Assembly (NCBI GenBank): GCA_964016885.1
Contig: OZ024747.1
Span: 87,172,001 to 87,236,000 of the forward strand
Source: Eledone cirrhosa
Lineage: Eukaryota
DNA: 64,000 nt
Direction: 5' to 3'
This document shows, piece after piece, positions 57,231-64,000 of the stretch. The notes under the pieces are model-generated. The model did no database searches. It was given only the letters and a program-made list of their open reading frames with translations, and was not told the origin of the DNA. Every line of letters begins with the position of its first letter. The stretch's first letter is position 1. Position numbers and translations under genes: made by a program.

Positions 57231-57545
57231 AGAGAAAGATAGTGCGATCATATATACTTATTTTTATATGAGTACGCGTGCTTACATATGACAGTTTTGG
57301 CTGCCAAGTAGGAGCCCATCATCACCATCATCATCACCATCACCATCATCACTGTGTTCATATTTGTTATGTCGTGTTTGCTTTACTTCCCGCCGTGTCA
57401 ACGTCGGTCCCACAGCGGAAAACCTTAGTTTCCCTTCTTTTCAACTTTCTTTTTCTTCACTTGCTGCCTTACATCAACATTTGTATAACCATTTCTCTCT
57501 CCTTCACTCTATCTCCCATACTCTCGCCCTCTCTCTCCCTTTCTA

Positions 57546-57577
<32 letters not shown>

Positions 57578-58024
57578 CCTCTCTCTCCTTTCTCTCATTC
57601 CCTCACGCATACATGCACACACTCGCAAACACATACACTCACACAGATTCTTATCGTAACGTTTCAAGAAAACTTGGTTTCTAGTTTCAAAGAGTCGTAG
57701 TGCTCTTCCAATTGCTTAGTATGTTCCAATGTCATTCATAAACTGTGCACATAGGATATAATATAAATACACAGTAACAGAACTTTGGTGTATGAGCACT
57801 TGTAGTATAATCACAACCCAGGCATTTCATCTCTATCCACCCTGTCCTTTCGAAAGTTTTGTACATAGACATTCACTTTTTTATATTAAGATATTAGGAT
57901 TGCCAGTAGGTCGTTTCTAATTTATTTATACAATAATTTGATATAGTATTCAATAGGATGCTTTAACCTTTAAAAATTGACCCAATTTAAAAAAAAATGT
58001 TGGGTGCACCCCTGAAAAACAGTG

Positions 58025-58124
<100 letters not shown>

Positions 58125-59379
58125 AAATGTACACATATAGTTATTAGAATGATGTTGAAGTGTGTATACATTTTTTGGGACACCCCGTATATCTGTGTGT
58201 GTGTATTCTAGTTTTCGCGAGGTAACATTTGAAACCGCTTCAAAATTGTTCTGATCTTTATCAGTCAACAACTATCGACTGTAATTTGAAAGATGAAACA
58301 TAACATGGAATGTGTCACCGGAGGGTTAATTATATCTGGTTCATCTTGAATCTTCATTAGTTAATCTTGGTCACATTTTATCAGAACTGATAAGAATCAA
58401 CCCGAGTTGATTCAACGTTTGCAATTCAATAAAACATGTCTTCGGAATACACAACCAAAAATGAGTTTTATATTTAATTTTCGGGAAGATGCACCAGTTT
58501 CTAGATAAAATGGACAGATTTTCGTGATAAGTTCCACGTCAAATTATAAGGGAGCGAGATAAATCCCCTGAGGTTCCGAACAGACAAAGAATATTGATAC
58601 ATATCAGGAAAAGTGTAATAGATGTATGGACAAAGGTGGCAATATTTGGTGAGATACTAACGGCCAAACTGGATGTTAGCCAGCTTGTCTGATAGCTCTC
58701 CGTAGAATATAATGTGATTGCCAAGCTATGTTTTAACAAAGTATTCTTAATTACAAATACAACATTTTCCGCAATGCCTCATAAAATAGTGTTCATAATT
58801 TTCATCAATAAATCTCCACTGAAAATATCGTTATATTATAGATGAACATGGAAAAAAAAAATTATAATGATGTAAAGATTATATAAATATTTAACTATAA
58901 TCTACATATGACTATTAACGTTTACATAATACAGGAATTTGAGAAAGAAAAAACAAAACCCTGTCAGTGTTAAGTGGCTCTCTTAATTGATTAGGTGGAC
59001 GATAAATATTTGTCAAAATACACATTTTAAAAATACATACACGTGCCGTGTCTGAACACACGTGTGCGCACATAATACACCCTTCCATTGTTATGCACAC
59101 GTAAATATAGGCACTCAGAAAGGCTGCCCCTTCCGTATTTTATGTTATTGTTAACTCCTTCAGTTAATATCATTTGAAGTTAACCTATTGAACTAGTGTT
59201 GCTGCTTCTAACGCCCAGCTCATCGCAGCTGCATTATGGGAGGATTATATTTACTAAACATTAGTATCATACAAGGTAGTAGAAGTATTCATTCTTCATG
59301 CATACACACACACACACACACACTCTCTCTCTCTCTCTCGCTCTCACGCTCTCTCTTTCTCTCTGTCTCTCATTCTTAT

Positions 59380-60760
59380 TCAACAAGGCTTCTTTAACAC
59401 TGATATAACAACCTAAGTGCCTTTTTGCTGTCCCCAAGGCAATTTATATAAACAAAAGGATGATGTGGCCACAGTTTCTTCTTTATGGTCAATATTCGCT
59501 GCATTCTATCTAGCCACAATGAAAATCAAAGTAATACTAAAATACAAACACATAATTTACACCATATATGTGAGCGATGTACTCGTTAACACCAAGAAAA
59601 ATATAAATACTACTCTAGTTCTAGATATATATTTCAGCCAGATTGAAACAAATAGATACACTACATCTGTGTACAACAAAGACACAAATGTAAATACTAC
59701 ATGGTAACAACGAATGTTTGCAGAGATACGGAATATCAATGCGAAATCCCTACTTTAGTTTCTCAGCTATAGACAGTGCCGCCGTATTTACCATTGTGTA
59801 TAGGTGTGCTTAAATACGGAGCCCGGTTAGCCAGGGAGGCCCATTTTCCTGCCAAATAACATAACTAGCACAGGGCCTCATTTGTCCTAAATCCAGCATT
59901 GTCTACAGACGAAGCACTGCATAAAGAAATCCATAAAATGAAACAAATATTAATAAATAATGGATATTCCAACAGACTAGTAGGCCAAGCCAGAGATAAA
60001 TGTAAGCATACATACAATGCAACAAATGCCTCTGACATAAATCCTATTAAAAGTACACAATCTACATATACTAATCAAATGCATACCAACTATAAACAGA
60101 TAAACACATAATCAAAAACCCATAAAACGTAATGCTAAAAGGCATCATAGAAAATCATAAATTAACAGTAATACTACATTAGAGAAACTCTTAAATCAAA
60201 AATTTCCTCATCAAAGACAAATCCTAAGCATGAAAACCTGAAAACAAACCAATATGATTTATAAATTCGATGACAGAATTGCATGTTGTAAATTTTATTA
60301 ATTCAACTGTTAGATCAGTCATACAAGAAAATATCTCGGGGAGATTCACTATGCATTTACAAGGAGCAATTATAACACGCTATGGTTCACACCACAAAAC
60401 GAAGCTGGATAGGAAAATACTAACGGATAATACATCTATATTATACAGAATTCCAAATGAAAATAGATGACTAATTATGAAAGCGATATTCAACTCATAC
60501 AATACAATGTTAAAATAAATATACGAACAACATGCATACGTTGTAAAGAAAATTAGCACGTTACTACGTTTATGTATAACAAAACTTTAATTTCAAATTC
60601 CTGTGATAAAGCCAACACATATTCTAGCGATGAACACTTTATAAATTAAACCTACCAACAATAGCAGAGGTTGTAAAAACACCAACAACAGTCCACGTCT
60701 TGATGATGAGATTGTGAAAGACTAGAAACATTGATTATATATTTAGGAATTTTGTTGATT
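59380..60760 (+). mobile_element. Decayed Penelope/Poseidon-like element (RT C-terminal half, thumb, GIY-YIG)
   Basis: PQGNLYKQKDDVATVSSLWSIFAAFYL (like Q.DGVAMGSPL), YVSDVLV, YTTSVYNKDT, EIHKMKQILINNGYS and RFTMHLQGAI...RKILTDNTSILY. Confidence 0.8.
59774..59901. mobile_element. hAT-like MITE inserted in the Penelope remnant
   Basis: GC-richer insert with cagtgccg...ccagcattg ends and an imperfect 8-bp flank duplication gctataga/tctacaga. Confidence 0.5.
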
Positions 60761-60841
60761 CAAAGAACTGCAAAGAACGTACAAGAAAATACTAAAAAAA
60801 AAAACCCATAACAATTAAAACTAGAACATAGTTGTAACTTT

Positions 60842-60955
<114 letters not shown>

Positions 60956-61274
60956 GAGTTTGGTTAAAAGACTTGAAAAGAGATTCTCACATGCATGTTC
61001 GCTTCCAGGGCGACCACACCCCAGAGAGCTACTTGTTCATATGCTTATGCGCCTCTAAAGAGGCACCGGCTTCGACAATTCAAGAACATGTGGAACATAT
61101 GTATTTGAAGAAAACAAAACTACTGACTAGACAGCTTTGAAATCAATATAAACATTGTACATAAGTAAAAACGGTATTAAACCAGATAATGCAAAGTTAT
61201 AACAAACAACATACTAAAAATATCACACCACAATATAGCACGACGTATAACAGAATTCACATAATACATACATA

Positions 61275-61503
61275 CATGATGGTTGCCCCGTCGTTATCGA
61301 GTATGGCCATTGCACGACGAAAAAAAAAGAACACACATATATATTAATAATTAAAGGTGCTGCGATCGAATGTGGCTTTTTAGCCCAGCCAATGATCTAA
61401 AATGTCTTGCACAGAGTTGGCAACCATGATAAAAACATTCACTAGCAATAGTGGTTGGACTTCATGTATTTTTGCATGTTGTTTGAGCCCTCCTGCTGAT
61501 CTA
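61275..61503 (-). mobile_element. RTE-type 3' end with two C2H2 zinc-finger motifs, between (CATA)n tracts
   Basis: CRSAGGLKQHAKIH and CQLCARHFRSLAGLKSHIRSQHL*. The tail tggccatactcgataacga resembles 62895-62930. Confidence 0.65.
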
Positions 61504-61577
61504 CATACATACATACATACATACATACATACATACATACATACATACATACATACATACATACATACATACATACA

Positions 61578-61609
<32 letters not shown>

Positions 61610-62110
61610 ATATCAAAGCCAATATAATATCAAAGATTAGTGAAAAGGAGAATATTTATGCAGAACTGATGAGAAATCTGCAGATACTCCACCCTGATTA
61701 CACCTTCAGATTTATGCCTGTGATTATTGGGGCACTGGGGTATGTTAGTAACTGCCTCAATACAAATCTTGAGAAGCTAGGCTTCACAGGAACAGAAAGA
61801 ACACAACTAGTTAGGAAATTATAAGTACAATCCATTAATGGAACAGTAAAAATATGTAAAACATTCCAAAATTGTTGCATCTAATAACTGCATATACACA
61901 TGTACAGATGCAAAGCGTATACACATGCACACATACAACTCAAAACATGCACATCCACACATACAATAGCATCCATATCTACACATGCATACTTACATAT
62001 CTACCTAGTTGATGTTGTGTAAATTCCAATGAGAGAGTCTTGTGTCTATGTTAGAAACCGACTCTCTCTCTATTGGTAAAACTTTGTGAAATTATAAAAC
62101 CAGAAGAACA
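61610..62110 (+). mobile_element. R4/Dong-like non-LTR element, 5'-truncated copy 1
   Basis: ANIISKISEKENIYAELMRNLQILHPDYTFRFMPVIIGALG; ends aaaccagaagaa followed by (CATA)n. Confidence 0.8.
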
Positions 62111-62122
62111 TACATACATACA

Positions 62123-62872
62123 TCATCGCGGTACTATCTACCTATGAGGCATGATGTAGTGGCCAAAACACTGTACAATACAATCCGTAGAAAAGATAGC
62201 CCCGATAATAAACACATTAAAAGCTACAGCAATGTGGAAGACATACATATACATAATATGAAAGAGTACTGGTGGAATGTTCCAATAAAATGCAAGCATA
62301 ACAGATCAGATATAATGATATGGGACAGGGAAAAGAAGGCATGCACAGTAGTGGAAGTTAGCTGCCCAGCAGATGCCAATACAATATCAAAGATTAGCGA
62401 AAAGGAGAATATTTATGCAGAACTGATGATAAATCTGCAGATACTCCACCCTGATTACACCTTCAGATTTATGCCTGTGATTATTGGGGTACTGGGATAT
62501 GTTAGTAACTGCCTCAATACAAATCTTGAGAAGCTAGGCTTCACAGGGACAGAAAGAACACAACTAGTTATGAATTACAAGTACAATCCATTAATGGAAC
62601 AGTAAAAATATGTAAAACATTCCAAAAATGTTGCATCTAATAACTGCATATGCACACGTACAGATACAAAGCGTATACACATGCACACATACAACTCAAA
62701 ACATGCACATCCACACAGACAATAACATCCATACCTACACATGCATGCATGCAGACATGCAGACATATCTACCTAGTTGATGTGTCAATTCCAATGAGAG
62801 AGTCTTGTAACTATGTTAGAAACCGACTCTCTCTATTGGCAAAAATTTGTGAAATCATAAAACCAGAAGAAC
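62123..62872 (+). mobile_element. R4/Dong-like non-LTR element, 5'-truncated copy 2 (restriction-like endonuclease)
   Basis: RHDVVAK...WWNVPIKCKHNRSDIMIWDREKKACTVVEVSCP...EKENIY...PVIIGVLG. Confidence 0.85.
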
Positions 62873-62889
62873 ATACATACGTACATACA

Positions 62890-63530
62890 TACATGGTGGC
62901 TGCCAACTCGTTTTCGAGTACGGCCACTACTTTATATCCGTGTAGGAGAACCCCTACCGATGCGCTGAACGAGTGTGACTTTTTAGTCCAGTCAGCGACT
63001 TGAAAACTCTGGTACAAACACTACACTTGTGACAATTATTGACACATAGTGCTGGGCCCATGGTACCATGTGACGACAAGTGCAGAGAGATCTCCAGATA
63101 TAAAGCAATGCCTGTGCCGTGAAGCTTTTATAGTGAGCAAAGGCACTGCACAAAGCCAGTCCCACTCTCTTAACCAAGATGATATTTACCAAAAAGAAGA
63201 ACAAGTCAACATCATTGGATACCATCAGAGTTGCAGGTGTTATATCAGAGTTTTCCTTCTCCTAGAATTCTGCCTTGACAAAGGCTAAGGGGTCATCTCT
63301 CCCGGTGATTTTGGATGGCCATTGACTCTTAAGAGCTCCTTTGCCCTTTGACAGGTTTTGTTTTTAGTCCTGCAGGATGTCCAAAGTCACCCTCCTCACC
63401 AAGAAACCTTGGTGGGGTTGCCAGTTTAGTCGCCAACGACCCAACCATGAGACAGGTTGTACTGGGATACATGTTACCAGTAGCACCAACTGGTGACCTG
63501 ACATATTTGACATACATACATACATATATA
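62890..63530 (-). mobile_element. Probable non-autonomous RTE derivative (5' UTR-like + 3' tail) inserted in (CATA)n
   Basis: No ORF. It has an RTE-5'UTR-like taaactggcaaccccacc...aaaacaaaacctgtcaaaggg and a tail gtggccgtactcgaaaacgagttggcagccaccatgtatg similar to 61275-61310. Confidence 0.5.
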
Positions 63531-63536
63531 CATACA

Positions 63537-63713
63537 TATAACTCAAAGTATACAATACTCACACACATGCAATAACACTCACACACTAACACACACACAC
63601 TAACATATACTGATATACACAAGTATTTACGTAATCTAAATACCAACGAAAGTCTTGTTTCTATGTTAGAAACCGACTCTCTCTTGGTGAATATTTATAA
63701 AATAAAATCAGAA
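63537..63713 (+). mobile_element. R4/Dong-like 3' UTR fragment, copy 3
   Basis: agtcttg...ctatgttagaaaccgactctctc...aaaatcagaa followed by (CATA)n. Confidence 0.7.
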
Positions 63714-63731
63714 CATACATACATACATACA

Positions 63732-63733
<2 letters not shown>

Positions 63734-63762
<29 letters not shown>

Positions 63763-63810
63763 AAGAAGAAGAAGAAGAAGAAGAAGAAGAAGAAGAAGAA
63801 GAAGAAGAAG
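63734..63810. repeat. (AAG)n microsatellite
   Basis: Directly visible. Confidence 0.97.
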
Positions 63811-64000
63811 ACATATTAGAACAACTGGGAGAGAGAGAGAAAGAGCTGGGAGGATGAAAGGAAAATACTTGAATTGTTTTAGATGTTTCCCGTCTAATAT
63901 TAAAAAAAACCCATCATTTAAACAACTACAGAAACCAACATCATCACAGCTGCCGCCGCCATCACTATCCCACCATCACCCCACCGTCACCCCACCATCA

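Noticed and set aside
60700-60735. TTGATGA...GAAAC at the 3' end of the decayed Penelope
   Set aside because: The position fits a pLTR hammerhead, but the stems no longer pair, so it cannot be supported from this copy alone.

Overview
Repeat-dense, AT-rich animal genomic DNA. The (TA)n/(CATA)n load plus the SINE and RTE families suggest an octopus or other cephalopod (inference). Most ORFs in the supplied track are microsatellite read-throughs. The most notable region is the first ~14 kb, a nest of Penelope-like-element (PLE) sequences embedded in very long (TA)n tracts. It holds a 7.4 x 310-bp tandem array in which each full unit carries a minimal type-I hammerhead ribozyme on the minus strand (retrozyme/pLTR-like), ending in a head-to-head inversion. 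It also holds a second hammerhead with a much longer stem II, a Neptune-type Cys-linker plus GIY-YIG fragment, a 2.5 x 615-bp array and several decayed hammerheads. Two host genes are visible: an uncharacterised minus-strand gene with ubiquitin-like-fold segments (25.2-29.5 kb) and the last four exons of a RAP-domain FASTK-family gene (37.8-43.2 kb, plus strand). The rest is RTE, L1/Tx1, CRE, R4/Dong, CR1-like and Penelope fragments, tRNA-derived SINEs, piggyBac- and hAT-type MITEs, palindromes and simple repeats. There is one 200-N gap. Boundaries of decayed repeats are approximate and were read by eye.
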